A stretch of DNA of 32,000 nt from Candidatus Nanosynbacter lyticus (GCF_000803625.1 NZ_CP007496.1:330001-362000), one strand, 5' to 3'. Shown: positions 7,629 to 16,274, numbered from the stretch's first letter. Notes: a model not told the origin generated them from the sequence alone. Numbers and translations are program-made.

Positions 7629-8483
7629 CTATTTTCTTAATCTATTTATGCGACGTACGGATTTTAATGGAAGTTCTCCCGTCAGGTGCTGTTTTATAAT
7701 CCCAGACAAACACTTGGCGTATTTATCGGTAATTTCGTGGCTCTGCATAGTCATTGAGCGGTGGGCTATATTCTTATGCTCTTTGGCTAATTGCTTCAAA
7801 TTCCGTTCTACAATTAGCGGATCAAGTTTGCCAGATAGAATAGTGATCGGTAGTTTCAATTGTGATATATCAGTCATCGTGGTTTGATTAATAATCGCGG
7901 CGTTTAGTGCGGTCAGGAAAGATTTGGCGGTGACTTTGTCAGCCTTAAACCCAGCGTCGGGCCATATATTATGTCGGTCGGCAAATTGCAGTAGGCGCTT
8001 TGAACTCCTTGGGTGCTTGTTGATAAGGCTGTATAGGGCGCGTAATATTTTTTCTGGATGATGGATTTTCTCGTCAGTTTTAGGTTGGTATATCGGCGGG
8101 CTGCATAGGATTAGCGACTGAGCTAATTTTGGATATTTTTTAGCGAGTTCTACGGCTGCCAACGAACCCATAGAATGGCCAATGATTACGTCAAGATGAT
8201 TGATTGATTCTTTTCTTAAAGTGGCGGCGATGCTGGTGGCTTGATCTTGGACATTGTAAGATTTCCAGTCGGGCTTTGGTGAGTTGCCAAATCCCAGCAT
8301 GTCAATAGCAATAACCCGCGCGTCCTTGGGCAGATATTGTGTCAATGGCTTCCAGGTGCGCCATGAGGTGCCTAATCCATGGACAAGTAGAATCGTAGAC
8401 TTTGGATTGTCTGGGCGGCAAAAATAATGCACATTTAAGGTGTAAGGAATACGTAGCCAGCGATGGATTATTCTATCAAACAT
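7629..8483 (-). CDS. Alpha/beta-fold hydrolase
   Basis: ILLVHGLG marks the oxyanion region and GHSMGS is the nucleophile elbow (GxSxG). The length of 284 aa also fits. Confidence 0.75.
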   Translation of the reverse strand: MFDRIIHRWLRIPYTLNVHYFCRPDNPKSTILLVHGLGTSWRTWKPLTQYLPKDARVIAIDMLGFGNSPKPDWKSYNVQDQATSIAATLRKESINHLDVIIGHSMGSLAAVELAKKYPKLAQSLILCSPPIYQPKTDEKIHHPEKILRALYSLINKHPRSSKRLLQFADRHNIWPDAGFKADKVTAKSFLTALNAAIINQTTMTDISQLKLPITILSGKLDPLIVERNLKQLAKEHKNIAHRSMTMQSHEITDKYAKCLSGIIKQHLTGELPLKSVRRINRLRK

Positions 8484-8489
8484 AGTCTT

Positions 8490-8495
8490 AGTATA
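8490..8495 (-). promoter_or_regulatory. -10 box (TATACT on the minus strand) 6 nt upstream of the hydrolase ATG
   Basis: The reverse complement of agtata sits inside the palindrome agtatact. There is no Shine-Dalgarno sequence before the start codon at 8483. Confidence 0.35.
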
Positions 8496-8504
8496 CTATG
8501 AAAA

Positions 8505-8531
8505 TACCCCGCCTGCATATGAGACGGAGTA
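8505..8531 (-). terminator. Probable intrinsic terminator after rpsI
   Basis: The minus-strand RNA uacuccguc-ucauaugca-ggcgggguA forms a 9-bp stem if two G-U pairs are allowed. It is followed by uuuuc. Confidence 0.4.
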
Positions 8532-8557
8532 TTTTCGAGAATTGGTTTCTCCTCTGT

Positions 8558-8956
8558 TTAACGCTTGGAGAATTGTTCGCGCTTGCGGGCGGAACGCAGA
8601 CCGTATTTCTTGCGTTCTTTCTCGCGTGGGTCACGCTTGAGCAGCTCAGCCTTCTTCAGAACTGGGCGCAGATCAGCGTGAGCAGCCGTCAATGCTTTAG
8701 CGATGCCAAGCTTGATGGCGTCAACTTGACCAGCGAGGCCACCACCTTTGACCAAGATGGTAACGTCGTATTCCTTTTGCTTGCTGACGACAGCTAGTGG
8801 GTCGGTCACTTCGGCAAGCAAGGTTTTGTTGCCATCCAGGTACTCAGCGGCTGCTTTGCCGTTGATGGTGATGGTACCCTTGCCAGGAAGCAAGCGAACA
8901 CTTGCTGAAGCACTTTTGCGTCGTCCCAAGCCGTAGAAATAGGTATCAGTAGCCAT
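8558..8956 (-). CDS. rpsI: 30S ribosomal protein S9
   Basis: The translation begins GRRKSASASVRL and ends ...KKYGLRSARKREQFSKR. This is the canonical uS9 C-terminus. Confidence 0.95.
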   Translation of the reverse strand: MATDTYFYGLGRRKSASASVRLLPGKGTITINGKAAAEYLDGNKTLLAEVTDPLAVVSKQKEYDVTILVKGGGLAGQVDAIKLGIAKALTAAHADLRPVLKKAELLKRDPREKERKKYGLRSARKREQFSKR

Positions 8957-8957
8957 A

Positions 8958-9389
8958 TTACTTTACCTCAACTTTCTCTGGGGTTTGTGCTGCGTGAGCA
9001 TGCTCGCTGCCAGCAAATACGCGCAGGCGATTGAGGCGTTCTGCTTGCAATTTGTTCTTTGGCAGCATGCCTTTGACAGCTTCTTCAATAATTCGTTCTG
9101 GGTGGCGTTCACGCATTTCTTTGAACTGCGTTTCTTTGATACCGCCTGGGAAACCACTGTGACGGTAGTAGTACTTGTCAGTTTCCTTGTAGCCAGTAAC
9201 GACGGTGTTTGCAGCGTTGATAACCACGACGTAGTCGCCACCATCAACGTGCGGTGTGTAGGTTGGCTTGTATTTACCAGTCAGATGTTTAGCAATTTCA
9301 GTTGCCAAACGACCGAGTGGCAGCTCGCTTGCGTCAAACAATACCCAGCGGCGAGAAACTTCAGATGGTTTTTGTGAATAAGTCTTCAT
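8958..9389 (-). CDS. rplM: 50S ribosomal protein L13
   Basis: MKTYSQKPSEVSRRWVLFDASELPLGRLATEIAKHLTGKYKPTYTPHVDGGDYVVVINA is canonical uL13. The ORF-track N-terminal 32 aa overlap rplQ and are not credited. Confidence 0.93.
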   Translation of the reverse strand: MKTYSQKPSEVSRRWVLFDASELPLGRLATEIAKHLTGKYKPTYTPHVDGGDYVVVINAANTVVTGYKETDKYYYRHSGFPGGIKETQFKEMRERHPERIIEEAVKGMLPKNKLQAERLNRLRVFAGSEHAHAAQTPEKVEVK

Positions 9390-9390
9390 C

Positions 9391-9777
9391 TTATTTCTCC
9401 TTCTTTGGCATTGGTTTGATATCGTCGACAAACTCGATGATTGCCATTTGTGCACCGTCGCCAACACGCAAACGTGTTCGTTCAACGCGAACGTGTCCGC
9501 TGGTGCGGCCGCTCAGCTGTGGGGCAATTTCATCAACGAGCTTGTAAGCAGCAGCGCGGGTGCTGAGTGCTGCGATCACCTGGCGGCGGCTGGCTAGATC
9601 GCCTTTCTTCGCCTTGGTGATGATTTTTTCAATGTGGCGCTTCAGCTCTTTGGCTTTCGGCAAGGTGGTCTCGATTTTGCCGTGCTCGACCAGGCTGGTT
9701 GCCAGGCCTCTCAGCAAGGCTCGTCGTTGATCACGCTCACGGCCGAACTTGCGCCCTTGATATCCGTGTCTATGCAT
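9391..9777 (-). CDS. rplQ: 50S ribosomal protein L17
   Basis: MHRHGYQGRKFGRERDQRRALLRGLATSLVEHGKIETTLPKAKELKRHIEKIIT is canonical bL17. Confidence 0.95.
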   Translation of the reverse strand: MHRHGYQGRKFGRERDQRRALLRGLATSLVEHGKIETTLPKAKELKRHIEKIITKAKKGDLASRRQVIAALSTRAAAYKLVDEIAPQLSGRTSGHVRVERTRLRVGDGAQMAIIEFVDDIKPMPKKEK

Positions 9778-9779
9778 AG

Positions 9780-10703
9780 TTAAAACTCCAACTCCGCCAT
9801 CTTGTCGCGTACTTCATCCAGCGCCTTTGAACCAAAGCCTTTCAATTCTCGCAAATCTTGCTCGGTCAAAGTCACCAGGTCGCGAATCGTGCGGATTTCA
9901 TTGTTAATCAGCGCGTTCGTCGTGCGGGCGCTTAGGTTTAATTCTTCAATTGACATAGCCAATTCTGACTCTTCATCATCTTTGGTTGTGCCAAGTGCTG
10001 GCGCACCAGTCACCATGGTGTTGCCTGCTAAAGCTGTGTATTGGTTAACCAGGATTGCCGCTGCTTCTTCAAACGCCTCGCGTGGAGTAACTGTACCGTT
10101 GGTTTCAACGGTAATTGCTAGTTTATCCAAGTTTGTCTCTTGACCAACGCGGGTTGAGTCAACTTTGTAACGAACGCGCAGCACTGGCGAATACATTGCA
10201 TCAATAGCAATCATGTCGCTGTGCAAGCGGTTCTCGCTTGACTCTTCAATTGTCTGGTAACCGCAACCTGCTTCTGCCACCAAATCCATCACCAAATGCT
10301 TGTTTGGATCGTCAATTGTAGCAATTACTTGCTCTGGGTTAACGACTTCAACATCAGCATTTGTCTTGATGTCAGCGGCAGTTACTTCGCCAGCGCCAGA
10401 TTTCTCCAAGCGCAGCTCAACCGGCTCGTCAGTAAACACTCGCAGGTGAACGTTTTTCAGGTTCAGCATGATGTCGACAACATCTTCTTTGATGCCTTCA
10501 ACAGTGGTAAACTCGTGAGTTACGCCCTCAATTTTGAAAGCGACAATCGCACCACCACGAACACTTGATAGCAGAACGCGGCGTAGTGAGTTGCCAAGAG
10601 TATTACCGTAGCCTGGGTGAAGCGGCTCGATTAGAAAAGTAGCACTGGTCGCTGAAATGTCATCAACGCTCGCGAGTGCTGGATTGTAAATTGCTTTTGC
10701 CAT
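9780..10703 (-). CDS. rpoA: DNA-directed RNA polymerase alpha subunit
   Basis: The N-terminal domain contains FLIEPLHPGYGNTLGNSLRRVLLSS. The C-terminal domain contains IEELNLSARTTNALINNEIRTIRDLV. Confidence 0.95.
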   Translation of the reverse strand: MAKAIYNPALASVDDISATSATFLIEPLHPGYGNTLGNSLRRVLLSSVRGGAIVAFKIEGVTHEFTTVEGIKEDVVDIMLNLKNVHLRVFTDEPVELRLEKSGAGEVTAADIKTNADVEVVNPEQVIATIDDPNKHLVMDLVAEAGCGYQTIEESSENRLHSDMIAIDAMYSPVLRVRYKVDSTRVGQETNLDKLAITVETNGTVTPREAFEEAAAILVNQYTALAGNTMVTGAPALGTTKDDEESELAMSIEELNLSARTTNALINNEIRTIRDLVTLTEQDLRELKGFGSKALDEVRDKMAELEF

Positions 10704-10724
10704 AATTCTTCCCTAACCCTTCTT

Positions 10725-11345
10725 TTATCGTGAGTAATACTCAACAATTAATTGCTCGTTGATGTCAGCTTCTGCTTCCTCGCGCTTTGGCAAACCAGTC
10801 ACTTCAATCTTCAGCTTCTTGCTATCGCTCTTTAGCCAGCTCAGTGGGCCTTGGATTGAATTGTTGATTACATCTTCAATGTGCGTAAAGTACTCAGATT
10901 TGGTACTCTTTGGACGAACAGTAATAACGTCACCAGCCTTAACGCGAATCGATGGAATATCGACGCGACGGCCGTTTAGTTCAAAGTGGCCGTGGCTAAC
11001 CAGCTGACGAGCAGCGCGGCGGCTAACAGCGAATCCAGAACGATAAACGACGTTATCCAAGCGGCGCTCCAGCAGCTTCAACAGGTTCTCGCCCGCCAAA
11101 CCTTCTTGGGCGCGCGTTGCTTCATTCATCAGCCGAGCAAACTGCTTTTCAACCAAACCATACAGGCGGCGAACCTTCTGCTTTTCGCGCAGCTGTGTAG
11201 CGTATAGACTTGGCTTATTCTGGCGACCGTGCGCGTGCTGACCTGGAATACCGGATTTTCGTGCCAAAACTTTATGTGCTTTTGGATGAAGCGCATAACC
11301 TTCGCGGCGGCTTTGCTTGACAATCGGTGAATTATCTCGTGCCAT
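10725..11345 (-). CDS. rpsD: 30S ribosomal protein S4
   Basis: YATQLREKQKVRRLYGLVEKQF is followed by an S4 domain LERRLDNVVYRSGFAVSRRAARQLVSHGHF. Confidence 0.95.
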   Translation of the reverse strand: MARDNSPIVKQSRREGYALHPKAHKVLARKSGIPGQHAHGRQNKPSLYATQLREKQKVRRLYGLVEKQFARLMNEATRAQEGLAGENLLKLLERRLDNVVYRSGFAVSRRAARQLVSHGHFELNGRRVDIPSIRVKAGDVITVRPKSTKSEYFTHIEDVINNSIQGPLSWLKSDSKKLKIEVTGLPKREEAEADINEQLIVEYYSR

Positions 11346-11347
11346 AA

Positions 11348-11737
11348 TTATGCCCTCCGTACCTTTCGTGGACGAACACCGCCGTGAGGCACGCCAGTTA
11401 CGTCCTTAATGCTTTCTACTGAGATGTCGAAGGCGCCAACCGCACGAATAGCGGCATCACGGCCCAAACCGACACCTTTGACGAAAACGTCAACTGATTT
11501 CAAACCATACTGAGTTTTCGCAGCTTCAGCAGCTTTTTCAGCGGCAACCTGTGAAGCGTAGGCGGTGCCTTTTTTGCTACCACGGAAACCACATGCACCA
11601 GCTGATGAAGCGGTCAACACGTTACCCTTCTTATCGGAAAAAGTAACGATGGTGTTATTAAATGTTGCTTGAATATGCAGCTGACCAGCTGGGACTGATC
11701 GGCGCTGCTTCTTCTTGGTAGATCTTGCGTCTGCCAT
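11348..11737 (-). CDS. rpsK: 30S ribosomal protein S11
   Basis: The translation runs GQLHIQATFNNTIVTFSDKKGNVLTASSAGACGFRGSKKGTAYASQ...PHGGVRPRKVRR. Confidence 0.95.
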   Translation of the reverse strand: MADARSTKKKQRRSVPAGQLHIQATFNNTIVTFSDKKGNVLTASSAGACGFRGSKKGTAYASQVAAEKAAEAAKTQYGLKSVDVFVKGVGLGRDAAIRAVGAFDISVESIKDVTGVPHGGVRPRKVRRA

Positions 11738-11752
11738 TTCTTAGTCCTTTCT

Positions 11753-12139
11753 TTAGGTCTTACTTGCTGCTTTTGGTTGTGTACCGCCCACGGCGATGGC
11801 GCGACCCTTGCGAGTTCGTGCATTCGTACGAGTCCGCTGTCCGCGTGTCGGCAGTCCTGCTTTGTGGCGAAGACCGCGATAGGCGTTGATATCCTTCAAG
11901 CGCTTAATGTTGTTAGTTACCAAGCGCTGGAGATCACCTTCGACGGTGTATTCGCTGTCGATAATTTCGCGAATCTTGTTTTCTTCAGCCTCGGTGAGAT
12001 CTTTCACCCGAGTGGTCGGCTCAATCTTAGCCGCCGCAAGGATGCTCGAAGCGTGCTTTGGCCCAATCCCATAAATATAGGTGAGCGCGATTTGCACCTG
12101 CTTCTCTGTTGGGATAACTACCCCAGCAATTCGAGCCAT
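11753..12139 (-). CDS. rpsM: 30S ribosomal protein S13
   Basis: The translation runs [30 protein letters not shown]...[26 protein letters not shown]. Confidence 0.95.
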   Translation of the reverse strand: MARIAGVVIPTEKQVQIALTYIYGIGPKHASSILAAAKIEPTTRVKDLTEAEENKIREIIDSEYTVEGDLQRLVTNNIKRLKDINAYRGLRHKAGLPTRGQRTRTNARTRKGRAIAVGGTQPKAASKT

Positions 12140-12141
12140 GC

Positions 12142-12258
12142 TTAACCCTGCCTTTGCTTGTTCTTAGGTTTTTTCTTGTTGATGACGTACAACCGACCTT
12201 TACGGCGGACGAACTTGTCATCGGGGCTGATTTTTTTCACACCTGCACGAACTTTCAT
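12142..12258 (-). CDS. rpmJ: 50S ribosomal protein L36 (Cys-less, C-minus form)
   Basis: It is not in the ORF track because it is too short. My translation is [38 protein letters not shown]. It sits in the conserved position between infA and rpsM. Confidence 0.85.
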   Translation of the reverse strand: MKVRAGVKKISPDDKFVRRKGRLYVINKKKPKNKQRQG

Positions 12259-12312
12259 AAAGTGCTCAAATCTCCCTTCCCGAGTAAACCCGAGATTAAC
12301 GTTAATATTTGA

Positions 12313-12558
12313 CTACCGGCCCTGCTGGGGTCGATCGTCACGTAGGCGGAAGCTGATTCGTCCCTTTGTAAGATCGTAAGGGGTCATCTCAACCTCAACC
12401 TTATCACCAGGCACCAGGCGAATATAGTGCTTGCGCATTCGTCCTGAAATGTGCGCGATGATACTATGGCCATTCTCCAGTTCCACCCTAAATTGAGTAT
12501 TAGGCAGTGCTTCCACTACCTTTCCTACCATTTTGATGACTTCCTTTTGACTCGCCAT
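12313..12558 (-). CDS. infA: Translation initiation factor IF-1
   Basis: [57 protein letters not shown] is canonical IF-1 (an S1-like OB fold). Confidence 0.95.
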   Translation of the reverse strand: MASQKEVIKMVGKVVEALPNTQFRVELENGHSIIAHISGRMRKHYIRLVPGDKVEVEMTPYDLTKGRISFRLRDDRPQQGR

Positions 12559-12606
12559 AAGTTACAGTTGTCAATTATACAGCACGCAGCGCAGTTTGAC
12601 AAGGGG

Positions 12607-12631
12607 TATTTCCATAAATTTATGTGCTATA
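12607..12631. repeat. Left copy of a perfect 25-bp direct repeat flanking the cop island (tatttccataaatttatgtgctata)
   Basis: It is identical to 15591-15615. It is followed immediately by atatgtAttatctcacaacat (12629-12649), which recurs with 1 mismatch at 15571-15591. Confidence 0.9.
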
Positions 12632-12752
12632 TGTATTATCTCACAACATTTCTTAGAATAGACTTTTTAAGTTTTTTATATCATTTCTACAAGTTTGTAA
12701 ATTGCTATTTATAAATTATAATATTGTAAACTTCAACCTATTTTTTAAAATT

Positions 12753-14999
12753 CTATTTAACTTTAAAAAATTTCAATCTTAAAGCATTACCCAAAACAGA
12801 TACTGAACTAAATGACATTGCAAAAGCCGCTATCATCGGATCCAATTTTGGTCCATTGAAAAATGCATAAAATATTCCAGCGGCAAATGGTATTCCAAGT
12901 ACGTTATAAAAGAATGCCCAAAATAGATTTTCCTTTATATTTGTGATTGTTGCTTTACTTAATGCTATTGAACCCGCAACATCTCTCAAATCGTTTCTAA
13001 TTAAGACGATATCAGCGGATTCTATAGCAACATCCGTTCCATTTCCTATCGCAATTCCAACGTTTGCTTGAGCAAGTGCTGGTGAATCGTTAATTCCGTC
13101 TCCAACCATTGCAACAAATTCATCTCTTTCCTGAAGTTCCTTTACTTTTTGAGATTTCTGATAAGGCAGCACTTCTGAAATTACATCATCTATTCCCACT
13201 TGTTTTGCGATAAATTTGGCAATTTTTTCGTTATCTCCAGTTAGCATTACTGTCTTGATTCTCATTTTTTTCAGTTTTTCTATAGCTTCCTTGCTTGTTT
13301 CCTTGATAACGTCTGCAACTGCAACAAGTCCCGCCAATTCGTTATCAATCGAAATGTACATTGGCGTTTTTCCTTCATTCAACAAAATATCATAATCTTT
13401 TTGAGAAATTTCTACATTGATTTTTCGATTTTCCATCAATTTTCTATTTCCAATTTGAACTTCCTTGCCTTCAAATGCTGCACGAATACCGTAACCTGGC
13501 ATTGCCCTAAATTTTTCATACGGCTTAATTTCAATATTTTTCTCTTTTGCTTTGTTTACGATTGCTTCTGCCAATGGATGCTCTGAATCATTTTCCACAC
13601 TTGCAGCAATTTTTAACAATTCATTTTCATTATATTTCCCATAAGCAATCAAATTAGTAAGTATAGGCTTTCCTTTCGTAATCGTACCAGTCTTGTCAAA
13701 TACAACTGTTTTTATTTTGTATGCTGTTTCAAGAGCTTCCCCGCTTTTTATAAGAATACCGTTTTCAGCCCCTTTTCCAGTTCCAACCATTATTGATGTA
13801 GGTGTTGCAAGTCCCAATGCACACGGACACGCAATTACAAGTACAGCGATGAAAAACGACAATGCAGTAACCAATCCACTTCCACTTAGAAACCAAGCAA
13901 TTCCTGCAATTATCGCAATCCCAATAACAATCGGCACAAAATATGCCGACACAATGTCTGCCATTCTAGAGATAGGAGCCTTTGACCCCTGTGCCTCCTC
14001 AACCAGCTTTATAATTTGTGACAAAACTGTATTTTTACCAATTTCAGTCGCCTCAAATCTGATACTTCCATTTTTATTTATACTTCCGCCAACAACCTTA
14101 TCTCCAACTTTTTTGCTTACTGGCAAACTTTCTCCTGTCAACATTGACTCATCAACAGAAGTCGCCCCTTCCACAATTCTTCCATCCACCGCAATTTTTT
14201 CTCCCGGCTTCACAATAACAATATCTCCAACTTTCAAGTTTTCAATCAGAACTTCCTTTTCCGCTCCATTTTCAATAATTTTAGCCTTTTTAGGTTGAAG
14301 TCCGATAAGTTTTTTTATTGCCGATGAAGTTTGACCTTTTGTTTTTGCCTCCAGCAGTTTTCCAAACAAGATTAACGTAATAATTGCACCAGCCGACTCA
14401 TAATATAAATCCATATGTGCTTCAGGGTCTACAATTACAATTCCAAAAGTTGCGTAAATTCCATAGAGTACCGCCGCCGTTGACCCAATAGCAATTAATG
14501 AATCCATTGTTGGAGATTTTCTTACTAAATTTTTAAATCCATGTGAAAAAAAATCTCTCCCAGCATAAATAATAGGCAAAGTCAACACAAACTGTGCCAA
14601 CGCAAAATTAAGCGGATTTACCTTAGGATTCAAAAATTCAGGAAGTACTGCCCCAAGCATATGCCCCATCGAAATATACAAAAGTGGAACAACAAAAATA
14701 ACTGCTAAAATTAATCGATTTTTCAAACTTATTATTTTTTCTTGATAAAGTTCCACCTTTTTATCTTCTGTCATATCCTCAGCCAGTCCATACCCAGCCG
14801 ACTCCACTATTTCCCTAATTTTATCAAAATTGTACTTCTTCTCATCATATTCAATATTCAATTTTTCAGTTGCAAAATTAACTGAAGCGTTAATATCATT
14901 ATTTTTATTAAGTGCCTTTTCCACAGCATTGGCACAAGATGCACAGCTCATTCCGGTTACTGTATAGTTTTTTTCTGCCATAATCTTTTCTTCCTTCAT
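12753..14999 (-). CDS. copA: Copper-translocating P1B-type ATPase
   Basis: An N-terminal heavy-metal-binding GMSCASCA (CxxC) motif is present. The translation also contains the CPC transmembrane motif ([11 protein letters not shown]), the DKTGT phosphorylation site, TGES, HP (SEHPLA) and [12 protein letters not shown]. The start may be the second ATG at 14981 (MAEKNYTV), which has an aagga Shine-Dalgarno sequence. Spot counts give roughly 25-30% GC. Confidence 0.92.
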   Translation of the reverse strand: MKEEKIMAEKNYTVTGMSCASCANAVEKALNKNNDINASVNFATEKLNIEYDEKKYNFDKIREIVESAGYGLAEDMTEDKKVELYQEKIISLKNRLILAVIFVVPLLYISMGHMLGAVLPEFLNPKVNPLNFALAQFVLTLPIIYAGRDFFSHGFKNLVRKSPTMDSLIAIGSTAAVLYGIYATFGIVIVDPEAHMDLYYESAGAIITLILFGKLLEAKTKGQTSSAIKKLIGLQPKKAKIIENGAEKEVLIENLKVGDIVIVKPGEKIAVDGRIVEGATSVDESMLTGESLPVSKKVGDKVVGGSINKNGSIRFEATEIGKNTVLSQIIKLVEEAQGSKAPISRMADIVSAYFVPIVIGIAIIAGIAWFLSGSGLVTALSFFIAVLVIACPCALGLATPTSIMVGTGKGAENGILIKSGEALETAYKIKTVVFDKTGTITKGKPILTNLIAYGKYNENELLKIAASVENDSEHPLAEAIVNKAKEKNIEIKPYEKFRAMPGYGIRAAFEGKEVQIGNRKLMENRKINVEISQKDYDILLNEGKTPMYISIDNELAGLVAVADVIKETSKEAIEKLKKMRIKTVMLTGDNEKIAKFIAKQVGIDDVISEVLPYQKSQKVKELQERDEFVAMVGDGINDSPALAQANVGIAIGNGTDVAIESADIVLIRNDLRDVAGSIALSKATITNIKENLFWAFFYNVLGIPFAAGIFYAFFNGPKLDPMIAAFAMSFSSVSVLGNALRLKFFKVK

Positions 15000-15014
15000 T
15001 TAGTACACCATATC

Positions 15015-15482
15015 TTAAATATGCTTATGTCCGCTATGTTCGCAATTACACTGCCCCTCCACACAATCACACGAAACTTCTCCCATAGCCGTCTTCCTCT
15101 TTTCCTCAACAGCCTTTAAAATCAGATCCAAGTCGTCAAAACTCAGTTCACTGTTCTCAATAACTTTCCCTATCATTTCTCCAACTTTCGTTTTACAAAT
15201 TTTATCAAAAGTTCCTAATATATAACTGTTAGCAACTTCCTTTTCTGTAAAATCTGTCGAATAAATATACTTGTTCCCAATTTCCTTCTTTTTCAAAATA
15301 TTCTTTTTCAGCAGCCGATTCAACAGCGCCTTTATTGTAGCCTGTTTCCAGTTCATTTTCTCACAAAGCACCTCTGTCACAAACTTGCTCGTAACTTCGC
15401 TATTTGCCCACACAACTCGCATTACTTCCCATTCTGCATCGGTTATATGCTGTTTTTTATCGATTCTGCAATTTTCTTTCAC
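15015..15482 (-). CDS. copY: CopY/TcrY-type copper-responsive repressor (BlaI/MecI winged-helix family)
   Basis: The N-terminal winged helix ITDAEWEVMRVVWANSEVTSKFV...WKQATIKALLNRLLKK is BlaI-like. The C-terminal CDCVEGQCNC matches the CxCx4CxC metal-binding motif of CopY. It uses a GTG start with an aaggagg Shine-Dalgarno sequence 8 nt upstream. Confidence 0.85.
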   Translation of the reverse strand: MKENCRIDKKQHITDAEWEVMRVVWANSEVTSKFVTEVLCEKMNWKQATIKALLNRLLKKNILKKKEIGNKYIYSTDFTEKEVANSYILGTFDKICKTKVGEMIGKVIENSELSFDDLDLILKAVEEKRKTAMGEVSCDCVEGQCNCEHSGHKHI

Positions 15483-15504
15483 ATTCTTACCTCCTTTAAT
15501 GTTT

Positions 15505-15545
15505 ACGTTTGTAATCTTTTTACATTATATAGTTTACAACAGTAA
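15505..15545 (-). promoter_or_regulatory. copY promoter region with two cop-box-like operators flanking a TATAAT
   Basis: On the minus strand, TACTGTTGTA (plus-strand 15536-15545) and TACAAACGTA (15505-15514) each differ by one base from the CopY operator consensus TACAnnTGTA. They bracket a TATAAT at plus-strand 15525-15530. Confidence 0.5.
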
Positions 15546-15590
15546 TCGTTTTTTGTATATTCTTGTCACATATGTGTTATCTCACAACAT

Positions 15591-15615
15591 ATTTCCATAA
15601 ATTTATGTGCTATAC
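15591..15615. repeat. Right copy of the perfect 25-bp direct repeat flanking the cop island
   Basis: It is identical to 12607-12631. It contains the TG-extended -10 for the downstream plus-strand gene. Confidence 0.9.
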
Positions 15616-15617
15616 TT
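15607..15617 (+). promoter_or_regulatory. TG-extended -10 box (TGTGCTATACT) for the 15647 ORF
   Basis: It lies on the plus strand 30 nt upstream of the ATG at 15647. An aagga Shine-Dalgarno sequence lies between them. Confidence 0.45.
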
Positions 15618-15646
15618 GAGCTATCAAATTTAACATAAGGATTTTT

Positions 15647-16222
15647 ATGGCAAGTACGAAAAATCGGACAAAGTCTCAAACAAAAAAATCACAAGTTGAG
15701 CTGCTGGTGCCCGTTTTGATTGGTGTGATAGCAGTGTTGATGCTGATTGTTGGTTGTTTGGTGTGGAAATTGAACTGTCAATCACCACACAAACCATACG
15801 CAGCGACGGAAAAGATTGGCAGCGGCTTCGTGAGTTTGGGCTCATTGGGCTTTCGTTTTGAGGGAAATAGGGCGATCGCTCGGCACGACGCGTCCGTAAA
15901 AGAAATTCGTGAGTTTCTGAAAAAAGAAAATGAGCGATCAGGTTGCAAAGATAACAATGGTGCGGTCAGCGTAATTGTAAATACTCAAGACGAGAAGCAG
16001 TTGCTGCTTGGATATGGTTGCGGCAGTACAGCTGCGCGAATGTTTGCAGTTAAGAAGGAAGATGGATGGAAAGCAATTTCACCGACTAATCAGTTTAATC
16101 TGCTTGATATTCCAAGCTGCAAAATGACTGATGAGAATAATATTAGTAAGGAAATCGCGCCAGTCTGTCAAAACGAGAAAAAAGATGGCGATAATCTATC
16201 TTACGATTACAGGCTACGCTAG
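15647..16222 (+). CDS. Hypothetical membrane-anchored protein (N-terminal TM helix, Cys-containing extracytoplasmic domain)
   Basis: This is an ORF-track entry of 191 aa. It has a basic N-terminus and then LLVPVLIGVIAVLMLIVGCLVW. It has its own promoter, Shine-Dalgarno sequence and terminator. I recognise no family. Confidence 0.6.
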   Translation: MASTKNRTKSQTKKSQVELLVPVLIGVIAVLMLIVGCLVWKLNCQSPHKPYAATEKIGSGFVSLGSLGFRFEGNRAIARHDASVKEIREFLKKENERSGCKDNNGAVSVIVNTQDEKQLLLGYGCGSTAARMFAVKKEDGWKAISPTNQFNLLDIPSCKMTDENNISKEIAPVCQNEKKDGDNLSYDYRLR

Positions 16223-16240
16223 AATATTTTATAAAATAAT

Positions 16241-16267
16241 TCCCCGCTTTATCGGCGGGGATTTTTT
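16241..16267. terminator. Bidirectional intrinsic terminator between the 15647 ORF (+) and secY (-)
   Basis: tccccgc-tttatcg-gcgggga forms a GC-rich hairpin. It is followed by tttttta on the plus strand and preceded by an A/T-rich run. Confidence 0.6.
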
Positions 16268-16274
16268 ATGGTAA

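Noticed and set aside
8958-9485. Long N-terminal extensions in the ORF track for rplM (32 aa), rpsE (11 aa), rpsH (9 aa) and the TPR protein (7 aa).
   Set aside because: The extra residues overlap the upstream gene or a promoter box. The canonical N-termini (MKTYSQKPS, MAEQAAN, MSMQTTDP, MFGLFL) begin at internal ATGs placed right after the preceding stop codons.
12027-12221. A 64-aa minus-strand ORF overlapping rpsM and rpmJ.
   Set aside because: It is out of frame with two conserved ribosomal protein genes, and rpmJ accounts for the interval.
13693-14298. A 201-aa plus-strand ORF inside the cop island.
   Set aside because: It is antisense to the conserved core of copA. Its composition (Ile/Pro/Thr/Ser-rich) mirrors the opposite-strand codons.
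12607-15615. The 25-bp repeats considered as CRISPR repeats or miniature-element ends.
   Set aside because: There are only two copies, ~3 kb apart, in direct orientation and flanking intact genes. There is no spacer-repeat periodicity, no cas genes and no inverted termini.
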